DNA of 12,734 nucleotides, from IMG/VR virus record IMGVR_UViG_2548876862_000016. One strand, written 5' to 3'. The notes beneath the pieces were generated by a model. That model did not search any database, was not told the DNA's origin, and saw nothing but the letters and a program-made list of their open reading frames with translations. This document shows, in pieces, positions 1-7,900 of the stretch. Every line of letters begins with the position of its first letter. Positions within the stretch are counted from its first letter, which is position 1. The translations under genes and the position numbers were made by a program. Source of the DNA: a virus (lineage: Duplodnaviria; Heunggongvirae; Uroviricota; Caudoviricetes).

Positions 1-55
1 ATGATGCCAGTTAGCCGTTATCTCTGCATTTTCATAAACGTTGGTTTGGGAGAAG
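1..55. repeat. Left inverted repeat of the invertible tail-fibre segment (55/55 identical to the reverse complement of 1942-1996)
   Basis: Base-by-base comparison: 1-55 equals the reverse complement of 1942-1996; identity stops at position 56/1941. The repeat starts at the window edge, so its outer limit on the left cannot be seen. Confidence 0.9.
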
Positions 56-432
56 CGGCAACGAGGAACGTCGGAACGGATACCGGGCAAGTACCAGATA
101 TGAGTAGTTTTACAACGGGGTATTCTGGAGCAGCAAACTGGCCGAATAGTAAATCTGGATGGAGTAAGGGGCCGGATGGGGTAATTACACAATGGGGTAT
201 TTTCGGTTTCCCCGTTGGACAGACAGGGACGAATGTTGTTTTCCCGCTACCTTTCCCCGCGCGGGTCGAATCAATTACACTGACAATGGCAGATATCCAG
301 GAGTCTCTGCTTTCTCCAACAACCATGCCTGCTTATGGAGTTAACTCAACTGGTACTTCAAGAACGGGTTTTACAGCCCGTATGTCAGGCGTCGGTGGGT
401 TTAATCTTTGCTATATAGCGAAAGGGAGATAA
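1..432 (+). CDS. Tail-fibre C-terminal variable cassette A (receptor-binding part), probably fused in frame to a constant N-terminal part upstream of the window; 5' end likely incomplete
   Basis: Only frame 1 is open through the inverted repeat; the ORF runs to a stop at 430-432 and is followed 4 nt later by a tail-fibre assembly gene with a GGGAGA ribosome-binding site. Same strand as the tail operon. Confidence 0.65.
   Translation: MMPVSRYLCIFINVGLGEAATRNVGTDTGQVPDMSSFTTGYSGAANWPNSKSGWSKGPDGVITQWGIFGFPVGQTGTNVVFPLPFPARVESITLTMADIQESLLSPTTMPAYGVNSTGTSRTGFTARMSGVGGFNLCYIAKGR
29..54. other. hix/gix-like 26-bp invertase crossover site (left)
   Basis: TTTTCATAAACGTTGGTTTGGGAGAA; its reverse complement TTCTCCCAAACCAACGTTTATGAAAA matches the remembered hixL sequence TTCTTGAAAACCAAGGTTTTTGATAA at 20 of 26 positions, including the AAACC / central AA / GTTT core. 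Confidence 0.7.
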
Positions 433-436
433 CAGA

Positions 437-880
437 ATGAATAAAGTTAAAAGTGTTTACAGCCCGTCCGAAAATGCAATCTACAACGCAGCGCTATATG
501 AAAGTTATATCAAGGAGGGGGCATGGCCGCAGGATGGTATTGAAATCAGCGATGAGGATGCTGTCAGATTTAATGGGGGAAATAAGCCAACAGGAAAAAT
601 GCTGGGAATGGTTTCAGGGACCCTTGCATGGGTTGATGAGCCGCCGCTTTCACCAGAACAGAAAATATCAGATGCAGAAAACATGAAAGCCACATTTCGT
701 GCAAAAGCTGACAGTGAAATATCCTGGCGTCAGGATGCTGTTGATGCTGGTATCGCAACTGATGAAGAAACTTCAACTCTCACCCAATGGAAGAAATACC
801 GTGTGCTGCTGATGCGTGTTGATACGTCAACAGCACCCGATATTGAATGGCCTACGCCTCCGGCAGCTCAGGCCAGATGA
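437..880 (+). CDS. Tail-fibre assembly chaperone (Tfa, P2 G / Mu U family), partner of cassette A
   Basis: 147 aa; C-terminal motif ...RVDTSTAPDIEWPTPP typical of Tfa proteins; GGGAGA ribosome-binding site 8 nt upstream of the ATG. Confidence 0.85.
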   Translation: MNKVKSVYSPSENAIYNAALYESYIKEGAWPQDGIEISDEDAVRFNGGNKPTGKMLGMVSGTLAWVDEPPLSPEQKISDAENMKATFRAKADSEISWRQDAVDAGIATDEETSTLTQWKKYRVLLMRVDTSTAPDIEWPTPPAAQAR

Positions 881-1457
881 CATCAGGCGCGGTGCTGGTA
901 TCTGTTGCCGTCACCGCGTCAATGTAATCCAGCACGACGTTAAGTCGGGTTGTTTCTGCCGGCGTCAACTTCCGTCCGGCCTGTAATTTCAACTGAATCA
1001 GACTAATGGAAGCTATTGCAGTATCCATCAGCGACTGGCGCTGTGCTTCTGCTGCATCTACTGCGGCGCTATGCTGTGCCTCGGTATCCGTCACCCATTT
1101 CTCACCATCCCATTTATCGTATGGCGTTAACGGGGCTATAGTGGTTGTATTTTCGGGGTAATCACCCGGAGTTGTGATTTCTTTGGCGTCTCCCGTTTCG
1201 GTGTTATAGACGATTTCACCGCGATGGTCTGGCACATATTCCCATGAGTTTAAATCTGCCGAACGGCAGATTGCATAACCAGCCTTATGTATACCAGGTT
1301 CATCCAGACAGGAATATGCCGGAATACCAACACCTACAGCAAGAAATTCGGTTGATGCAGAAATATATTCCCTTGTCTCACTGTTATAGTTGTAAACGAT
1401 AATGTTTCCTTCCTGTACGGCAATAAGCTCATTGTTTAATATCGCGTTATTCATCAT
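852..1457 (-). CDS. tfaE: Tail-fibre assembly chaperone (TfaE-like), partner of cassette B
   Basis: 201 aa starting MMNNAILNNEL... with C-terminal ...LDYIDAVTATDTSTAPDVIWPELPEA; closely resembles the e14 prophage TfaE as I remember it. Its ATG overlaps the stop of the upstream cassette (ATGA). Confidence 0.8.
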   Translation of the reverse strand: MMNNAILNNELIAVQEGNIIVYNYNSETREYISASTEFLAVGVGIPAYSCLDEPGIHKAGYAICRSADLNSWEYVPDHRGEIVYNTETGDAKEITTPGDYPENTTTIAPLTPYDKWDGEKWVTDTEAQHSAAVDAAEAQRQSLMDTAIASISLIQLKLQAGRKLTPAETTRLNVVLDYIDAVTATDTSTAPDVIWPELPEA

Positions 1458-1996
1458 GCAGCTCTCACAATATAGTTAAATGCAATATTTCGCGGGCGTG
1501 TTTCATTTGTTCCGTATGCTGTTGTTCTTTGGTTGCCGACAAAATATCCATTTGGATTCGAAGATACAGAGTAATCATCAAAATCAAGTGGACTATCAGC
1601 GCCCGGAGTCAGACTGGCAATATATCCTCTACCCATAACTTCTGATGCTGGTATTTCTTTTGTACGATAATCACTGACTCTGAATATCTGCCCCTGATGA
1701 GTATGTAATTCTACCCCTCCATTCTGAATACTTAGCAGCGTACGTTCTGCATCAATGCCGCGCCCATCATCCCAGCCACGAATAAACTCACCGCGTAAAT
1801 CAGGCAGTTTATTTGTCGGATAAGCCTTTGCCAGTTTAGGATATTCAACGGCAGAAAATACTGCACCGTTGCATTTCAGCCAGCCTGTCGGCGGCGTAGC
1901 TGAAGGCCACGGAACTATCACGCCAACAGGCAACGCAGAACCTTCTCCCAAACCAACGTTTATGAAAATGCAGAGATAACGGCTAACTGGCATCAT
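1454..1996 (-). CDS. Tail-fibre C-terminal variable cassette B with phage tail-collar-like domain; silent in the present orientation
   Basis: 180 aa containing PVGVIVPWP...PTGWLKCNGAVFS...LPDLRGEFIRGWDDGRGID, the tail-collar signature. Begins with the same 18 inverted-repeat-encoded residues as cassette A; an in-frame stop (2006-2008 on the minus strand) lies just upstream. Confidence 0.8.
   Translation of the reverse strand: MMPVSRYLCIFINVGLGEGSALPVGVIVPWPSATPPTGWLKCNGAVFSAVEYPKLAKAYPTNKLPDLRGEFIRGWDDGRGIDAERTLLSIQNGGVELHTHQGQIFRVSDYRTKEIPASEVMGRGYIASLTPGADSPLDFDDYSVSSNPNGYFVGNQRTTAYGTNETRPRNIAFNYIVRAA
1942..1996. repeat. Right inverted repeat of the invertible segment
   Basis: Reverse complement is identical to 1-55. 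Confidence 0.9.
1943..1968. other. hix/gix-like 26-bp invertase crossover site (right)
   Basis: TTCTCCCAAACCAACGTTTATGAAAA; 12-bp half sites flank the central AA at 1955-1956. Confidence 0.7.
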
Positions 1997-2023
1997 CCCC
2001 GGTTTTTATTCAGGGGATTGATC

Positions 2024-2590
2024 ATGCTTATTGGCTATGTACGCGTGTCAACAAATGACCAGAACACCGATTTGCAACGTAATGCACTGAACTGCGCGGG
2101 ATGTGAGCGGATTTTTGAGGACAAAATCAGTGGCACTAAGTCCGACAGACCGGGGCTGAAAAAACTACTCAGGACACTATCGGCAGGAGACACGCTGGTT
2201 GTCTGGAAGCTGGACAGGTTGGGGCGCAGTATGCGGCATCTTGTTACGCTGATAGAAGAGTTGCGCCAGCGTGGTGTGAATTTCAGAAGCCTGACTGACA
2301 GTATTGATACCAGTACCCCAATGGGCCGTTTCTTTTTTCATGTCATGGGTGCCCTGGCTGAAATGGAACGCGAACTGATAGTTGAACGTACCAGGGCAGG
2401 GCTGGCTGCAGCTCGTGCCAAAGGCAGAGTAGGTGGACGCCGTCCTAAGTTGACCACCGAACAGTGGGCACAGATTGGGCGTTTACTCGAGGCCGGAGAA
2501 TCAAGACAGCGTATTGCACTGATTTTTGATGTAGGCGTTTCTACCATTTATAGAAAATTTCCGGCAAATAAGATCAATGAATCCCCCTGA
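2024..2590 (+). CDS. pin: Site-specific DNA invertase, serine recombinase of the Gin/Pin/Cin/Hin family
   Basis: MLIGYVRVSTNDQNTDLQRNALNCAGCE...LVVWKLDRLGRSMRHL...GRFFFHVMGALAEMERELIVERT...GRRPKL...STIYR matches the invertase family almost residue for residue, with the catalytic Ser in YVRVSTNDQ and a C-terminal helix-turn-helix. The ORF track starts at TTG 2018; ATG 2024, 7 nt after GGGG, gives the canonical MLIGY N-terminus. Confidence 0.95.
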   Translation: MLIGYVRVSTNDQNTDLQRNALNCAGCERIFEDKISGTKSDRPGLKKLLRTLSAGDTLVVWKLDRLGRSMRHLVTLIEELRQRGVNFRSLTDSIDTSTPMGRFFFHVMGALAEMERELIVERTRAGLAAARAKGRVGGRRPKLTTEQWAQIGRLLEAGESRQRIALIFDVGVSTIYRKFPANKINESP

Positions 2591-2638
2591 ATCAGCATTA
2601 TGTTGATTATCCCTGCAAGCAGACAAATACCGTTATTT

Positions 2639-2656
2639 TGTGTGAATAACGACACA
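2639..2656 (+). promoter_or_regulatory. Candidate Ogr-dependent P2 late promoter element (TGT-N12-ACA) for the FI operon
   Basis: TGTGTGAATAACGACACA, dyad centred about 85 bp upstream of the FI ATG; P2 late promoters carry this motif near -55. No strong -10 hexamer could be picked out. Confidence 0.45.
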
Positions 2657-2732
2657 ACTGCGCTTAGCTGTTTGTCAGGCACAATCACTTCAACATAGGG
2701 CGAAGCCTAATCCAATCAGGAGGTTCGCCACT

Positions 2733-3905
2733 ATGGCTCAGGATTACCACCACGGGGTGCGCGTTGTTGAAGTCAACGAAGGCACCCGATCTATTACCAC
2801 GGTGAGCACCGCCATCGTGGGTATGGTCTGCACGGGCGATGATGCCGATGCAAAAATGTTTCCTCTTAATAAACCCGTGCTGATCACTGATGTGCTGACT
2901 GCCAGCGGTAAAGCGGGTGAGTCAGGTACTCTGGCCCGTTCGCTGGATGCCATCGCTGACCAGGCAAAACCCGTGACCATTGTTGTGCGTGTGCCGCAGG
3001 GTGAAACGGAAGACGAAACCACGACCAATATCATCGGCGCAGTGACCGCTGAAGGTAAAAAAACAGGTATGAAAGCCCTGTTATCTGCCCAGTCACAGCT
3101 CGGCGTTAAACCGCGCATTCTCGGCGTGCCAGGCCACGACACCAAGGCGGTAGCTACTGAGTTGCTGAGCGTGGCGCAAAGCCTGCGTGGATTTGCTTAC
3201 CTGTCAGCGTATGGCTGCAAGACAGTGCAGGAGGCGATCACTTACCGCGAAAACTTCAGCCAGCGCGAAGGGATGCTGATCTGGCCTGACTTTACTGGCT
3301 GGGACACGGTGCTGAATGCCGAAGCAACGGCATATGCCACCGCCCGTGCGCTTGGTCTGCGCGCCAAAATTGACGAGCAGACCGGATGGCACAAAAGCCT
3401 GTCCAACGTGGGCGTGAACGGTGTCACCGGAATTTCTGCAGATGTGTTCTGGGATCTGCAGGACCCGGCAACCGATGCAGGTCTGCTGAACCAGAACGAC
3501 GTCACCACGCTTGTGCGTAAAGACGGTTTCCGCTTCTGGGGTTCCCGCTGCCTGAGTGATGACCCGCTCTTTGCCTTCGAAAACTACACCCGCACGGCGC
3601 AGGTGCTGATGGACACGATGGCAGAAGCACACATGTGGGCGGTGGATAAACCGCTTAACCCGTCGCTGGCCCGCGACATTATCGAAGGTATCCGCGCCAA
3701 AATGCGCAGCCTGGTCAGTCAGGGCTATCTCATTGGTGGTGATTGCTGGCTGGATGAGTCGGTGAACGACAAAGACACGCTGAAAGCCGGAAAACTCACC
3801 ATCGACTACGACTACACGCCAGTGCCGCCACTTGAAAACCTGATGCTGCGTCAGCGCATCACCGATCAGTACCTGGTGAATTTCGCCAGCCAGGTCAGCG
3901 CGTAA
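2733..3905 (+). CDS. FI: Contractile tail sheath protein (P2 gpFI)
   Basis: 390 aa, P2 FI-like in size and sequence; AGGAGG 9 nt upstream of the ATG; first gene of the FI-FII-E-T-U-D block. Confidence 0.95.
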   Translation: MAQDYHHGVRVVEVNEGTRSITTVSTAIVGMVCTGDDADAKMFPLNKPVLITDVLTASGKAGESGTLARSLDAIADQAKPVTIVVRVPQGETEDETTTNIIGAVTAEGKKTGMKALLSAQSQLGVKPRILGVPGHDTKAVATELLSVAQSLRGFAYLSAYGCKTVQEAITYRENFSQREGMLIWPDFTGWDTVLNAEATAYATARALGLRAKIDEQTGWHKSLSNVGVNGVTGISADVFWDLQDPATDAGLLNQNDVTTLVRKDGFRFWGSRCLSDDPLFAFENYTRTAQVLMDTMAEAHMWAVDKPLNPSLARDIIEGIRAKMRSLVSQGYLIGGDCWLDESVNDKDTLKAGKLTIDYDYTPVPPLENLMLRQRITDQYLVNFASQVSA

Positions 3906-3914
3906 GGGGACAAC

Positions 3915-4430
3915 ATGGCTTTACCACGCAAATTAAAACACCTGAACCTGTTTAACGACGGGAACAACTGGCAGGGGATCGTTGAGTCGCTGACGCTGCC
4001 GAAATTTACCCGCAAATATGAGAAGTATCGCGGCGGCGGAATGCCGGGTGCGGTGGATGTGGATCTGGGGCTTGATGACAGTGCGCTGGACACAGAATTT
4101 TCCATTGGTGGTACTGAATTGCTGCTGTTTAAACAGATGGGTAAAGCCACGGTGGATGGCATCCAGCTGCGCTTTACCGGCTCTATTCAGCGTGACGATA
4201 CCGGGGAAGTGCAGGCCGTGGAGCTTGTCGTGCGTGGACGTCACAAAGAAGTGGATTCCGGCGAGTGGAAGACGGGCGAAAGCAACACCACCAAAGTGAC
4301 CAGTACCAACAGCTACGCGAAGCTGACCATCAATGGTGAGGTGCTCTATGAAGTGGACCTTATCAACATGGTGGAAATTGTGGACGGTGTGGACCTGATG
4401 GAAGCGCACCGCAACGCCCTCGGCCTCTGA
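3915..4430 (+). CDS. FII: Tail tube protein (P2 gpFII)
   Basis: 171 aa, P2 FII-like; starts 9 nt after the FI stop, with a GGGGA ribosome-binding site. Confidence 0.95.
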   Translation: MALPRKLKHLNLFNDGNNWQGIVESLTLPKFTRKYEKYRGGGMPGAVDVDLGLDDSALDTEFSIGGTELLLFKQMGKATVDGIQLRFTGSIQRDDTGEVQAVELVVRGRHKEVDSGEWKTGESNTTKVTSTNSYAKLTINGEVLYEVDLINMVEIVDGVDLMEAHRNALGL

Positions 4431-4440
4431 TATATCTGAA

Positions 4441-4459
4441 CGGCGCGGGATACCGCGCC
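4441..4459 (+). other. GC-rich hairpin in the FII-E intergenic region (7-bp stem, GATA loop), no U-tract
   Basis: GGCGCGG-GATA-CCGCGCC at 4442-4459; followed by AGAACCC rather than a T-run, so not a classic intrinsic terminator. Confidence 0.4.
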
Positions 4460-4484
4460 AGAACCCAATTGACAGGACAGCAAA

Positions 4485-4787
4485 ATGAGCGATAAGCAGA
4501 CTGAAAAGACCATTCAACTGGATACCCCCATCAAGCGCGGTAAAACAGAAATCACCGAAATTGTGCTGCGTAAACCGCAGTCCGGTGCGCTGCGCGGTAC
4601 ACGCCTGCAGGCCATTATGGATATGGATGTAAACGCGATGATGACCGTGATCCCCCGCATCTCCAGTCCGGCACTGACTGCACAGGAAATTGCAGAGATG
4701 GACCCGGCAGATCTCACTGCCATGTCGGTTGAGGTTGTCACTTTTTTGTTGAAGAAGTCGGTGCTTGCCGGTTTACCGACAGCCTGA
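4485..4787 (+). CDS. E: Tail assembly chaperone (P2 gpE)
   Basis: 100-aa ORF in the P2 position between FII and T; contains the slippery heptamer near its 3' end. Confidence 0.85.
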   Translation: MSDKQTEKTIQLDTPIKRGKTEITEIVLRKPQSGALRGTRLQAIMDMDVNAMMTVIPRISSPALTAQEIAEMDPADLTAMSVEVVTFLLKKSVLAGLPTA

Positions 4788-4921
4788 CGGTTGACGATCT
4801 GGTGGCAGATATCGCCACCATTTTTCACTGGCCGCCATCCGTTACTGACGTTATGCCGCTGACCGAAGTGCTGGAATGGCGGTATAAAGCGATTCAGAGA
4901 AGCGGGGCCAACGATGAGTGA
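4485..4921 (+). CDS. E+E': Tail assembly chaperone frameshift product (P2 gpE+E'), made by a -1 ribosomal frameshift at 4742-4748
   Basis: T_TTT_TTG lies in the E frame (codons ACT TTT TTG). After a -1 slip the reading frame stays open from 4748 to a TGA at 4919-4921, giving about 145 aa (P2 E+E' is 142 aa) and overlapping the T start codon at 4914. Confidence 0.75.
4742..4748 (+). promoter_or_regulatory. Programmed -1 frameshift slippery heptamer TTTTTTG
   Basis: X_XXY_YYZ heptamer in the correct phase, at the conserved position for the tail-chaperone frameshift. Confidence 0.75.
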
Positions 4922-7900
4922 TAACAGCCTGCGTCTGCAGGTCATTCTTAATGCGGTTGACAAGCTCACCCGCCCATTTCGATCTGCGCAGGCCAGTTCA
5001 AGAGAACTGGCTGCTGCTGTCAAAAAATCCCGCGATGCAATAAAGCAGCTTGATCAGGCCGGGAGCAGTCTGGACAGCTTCCGAAAGCTGCAGGCAGAAA
5101 ATCAGAAATTAGGCGACAGGCTGAACTATGCCCGCCAGCGTGCAAATTTGCTCAGTCAGGAACTGGGAGCGATGGGGCCGCCTTCGCAACGTCAGGTTGT
5201 TGCTCTGGGCCGTCAACGGCTGGCTGTTCAGCGCCTGGAAGAACGCCAGAAAAAGCTGCAGCAGCAGACGGCGCTTGTGCGTGCTGAACTGTACCGGGCG
5301 GGAATTTCTGCGAAAGACGATGCGGGAGCAACTGCCCGTTTAGCCCGTGAAACATCACGTTATAACCAGGAACTTTCGAAACAGGAGGCGCGGCTGAAGC
5401 GACTGGGGGAAGCTCAGCGCAGGATGAATGCAGCGCGTGCCAGTTATGCCCGTTCGCTGGAGGTGCGTGATCGTATTGCAGGTGCCGGAGCCACCACCAC
5501 GGCTGCAGGGCTGGCAATGGGTGCGCCAGTGATGGCGGCAGTAAAAAGCTATACCAGCATGGAAGATGCCATGAAAGGTGTGGCAAAGCAGGTCAATGGT
5601 CTGCGTGACGATAATGGCAACCGCACTGCACGTTTTTATGAAATGCAGGATGCCATCAAGGCTGCCAGCGAACAGTTGCCGATGGAAAACGGTGCGGTGG
5701 ACTTCGCTGCACTGGTTGAAGGTGGTGCGCGCATGAACGTCGCAAACCCTGACGACAGCTGGGAAGATCAGAAACGTGACCTGCTGGCCTTCGCCAGTAC
5801 GGCAGCAAAGGCGGCAACAGCCTTTGAGCTGCCAGCGGATGAACTGTCAGAAAGTCTGGGGAAAATCGCCCAGCTCTACAAAATCCCCACCCGCAATATT
5901 GAACAGCTCGGTGATGCGCTGAACTATCTGGATGATAACGCCATGTCGAAAGGGGCAGACATCATTGATGTGATGCAACGTCTGGGCGGTGTGGCTGACC
6001 GTCTGGATTATCGTAAAGCGGCGGCGCTGGGTTCCACCTTCCTGACACTGGGCGCTGCGCCAGAGGTTGCAGCCAGTGCAGCAAACGCGATGGTGCGTGA
6101 ATTGTCCATTGCCACCATGCAAAGCAAGAGTTTCTTTGAAGGGATGAATCTGCTGAAACTCAATCCTGAAGTGATTGAAAAGCAGATGACGAAGGATGCG
6201 ATGGGAACCATCCAGCGCGTGCTGGAGAAGGTAAACGCGCTGCCGCAGGACAAGCGCCTGTCTGCCATGACTATGTTGTTTGGTAAAGAGTTTGGCGATG
6301 ACGCGGCGAAACTGGCAAACAACCTGCCGGAACTGCAGCGTCAGTTAAAACTGACAGCGGGCAATGATGCGCTCGGCTCCATGCAGAAAGAATCCGACAT
6401 TAACAAGGATTCACTTTCTGCGCAGTGGTTGCTGGTCAAAACCGGAGCGCAGAACACCTTCAGCAGCCTGGGCGAAACGCTGCGCCAGCCGCTGATGGAT
6501 ATTCTGTACACGGTGAAAAGCGTCACGGGGGCGTTGCGTCGCTGGGTGGAAGCTAACCCGGAACTGACAGGCACACTGATGAAAGCATCGGCTGTTGTGG
6601 CTGCGGTTACCGTCGGCCTCGGCACCTTAGCGGTGGCGCTGGCTGCAGTGCTGGGGCCGCTGGCAGTGATCCGTCTGGGATTCTCTGTGTTGGGTATCAA
6701 AACGTTATCTTCCGTTACGGCAGCAGTAACTCGAACCAGCAGCGCGTTGTCCTGGCTGGCTGGCGCACCACTGGCACTGCTGCGACGCGGGCTTGCTTCA
6801 TCGGGCAACGCCGCAGGTTTACTTACTGCGCCGTTGTCGTCTTTGCGCCGCACGGCATCACTGACGGGAAATGTCCTGAAAACTGTAGCAGGTGCGCCGG
6901 TTGCACTTTTGCGGTCTGGATTATCCGGTTTACGTGCTGTTGCTGTGATGTTTATGAATCCTCTGGCGGTACTGCGCGGTGGACTGGCTGCCGCAGGCAC
7001 GGTGCTGCGAGTACTGGCATCTGGTCCACTGGCGATGCTGCGCGTTGCCCTGTATGCCATATCTGGTCTGTTAGGTGCTCTGCTCAGTCCAATAGGTCTT
7101 GTGGTTACTGCACTGGCGGGCGTGGCGCTGGTTGTCTGGAAATACTGGCAACCCATCACCGCATTTCTCGGTGGCGTGGTGGAAGGATTCAAAGCGGCGG
7201 CAGGTCCCATCAGTGCAGCGTTCGAACCGCTTAAGCCCGTGTTCCAGTGGATTGGCGACAAAGTGCAGGCGCTGTGGGGCTGGTTTACTGAACTGCTGAC
7301 GCCCGTTAAGTCGACCTCTGCCGAACTGCAGAGCGCAGCGGCAATGGGGCGACGATTCGGGGAGGCACTGACAGAAGGGCTGAATATGGTCATGCATCCG
7401 CTGGACTCCCTGAAATCCGGCGTTTCCTGGTTGCTGGAGAAACTCGGCATTGTCAGTAAAGAGGCTGCAAAGGCGAAACTGCCGGAAAGCGTGACGCGTC
7501 AGCAACCTGCGACGGTGAATGCAGACGGTAAAGTGATGATGTCATCGGGTGATTTTCCGTCATGGGGATATGGCTTTGCGGGGATGTATGACAGCGGCGG
7601 CTATATCCCGCGCGGGCAGTTTGGCATCGTCGGTGAAAACGGGCCGGAAATTGTTAACGGCCCGGCAAACGTGACCAGCCGGAGAAATACAGCTGCACTG
7701 GCTGCCGTTGTCGCCGGAATGATGGGTGTTGCTGCCGCGCCAGCAGAGCTTCCACCGTTGCATCCTTTGGCGCTTCCCGCAAAAGGCGGTGAAGCGATGG
7801 TGAGTCGTGCAGCTACTGTGCCGCCCATTTACCGGATTGAAGCACCGACGCAGATCATCATCCAGACACAGCCAGGACAAAGTGCGCAGGATATTGCGCG

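Larger units (their letters stand above)
42..1955. mobile_element. Invertible DNA segment (Mu G-segment / e14 P-region type) between the central dinucleotides of the two crossover sites
   Basis: Two inverted hix-like sites, two divergently arranged tail-fibre/chaperone cassette pairs, and an adjacent serine invertase gene outside the segment. Confidence 0.8.

Noticed and set aside
56-1941. Additional hix-like sites inside the segment (multi-inversion shufflon)
   Set aside because: A visual scan for AAACC-NN-GGTTT-like cores found only weak partial matches (for example near 360-375), so a simple two-site inversion is the supported model.
2591-2732. Possible anti-phage defence cargo at the Z/fun hotspot position
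   Set aside because: Only 142 bp separate the invertase from FI and there is no ORF there; the invertase belongs to the fibre switch, not to a defence system.
3933-5023. Minus-strand ORFs 3933-4517 and 4514-5023, and + ORF 4018-4299, overlapping FII, E and the start of T
   Set aside because: All overlap strongly supported P2 tail genes in other frames; the products have no recognisable domains.
6341-7450. 369-aa ORF on the minus strand inside the tape measure gene
   Set aside because: Antisense to a confidently assigned gene in a GC- and Ala-rich repeat region where reverse frames stay open by composition; low-complexity Ala/Ser/Pro/Thr product; no ribosome-binding site noticed.
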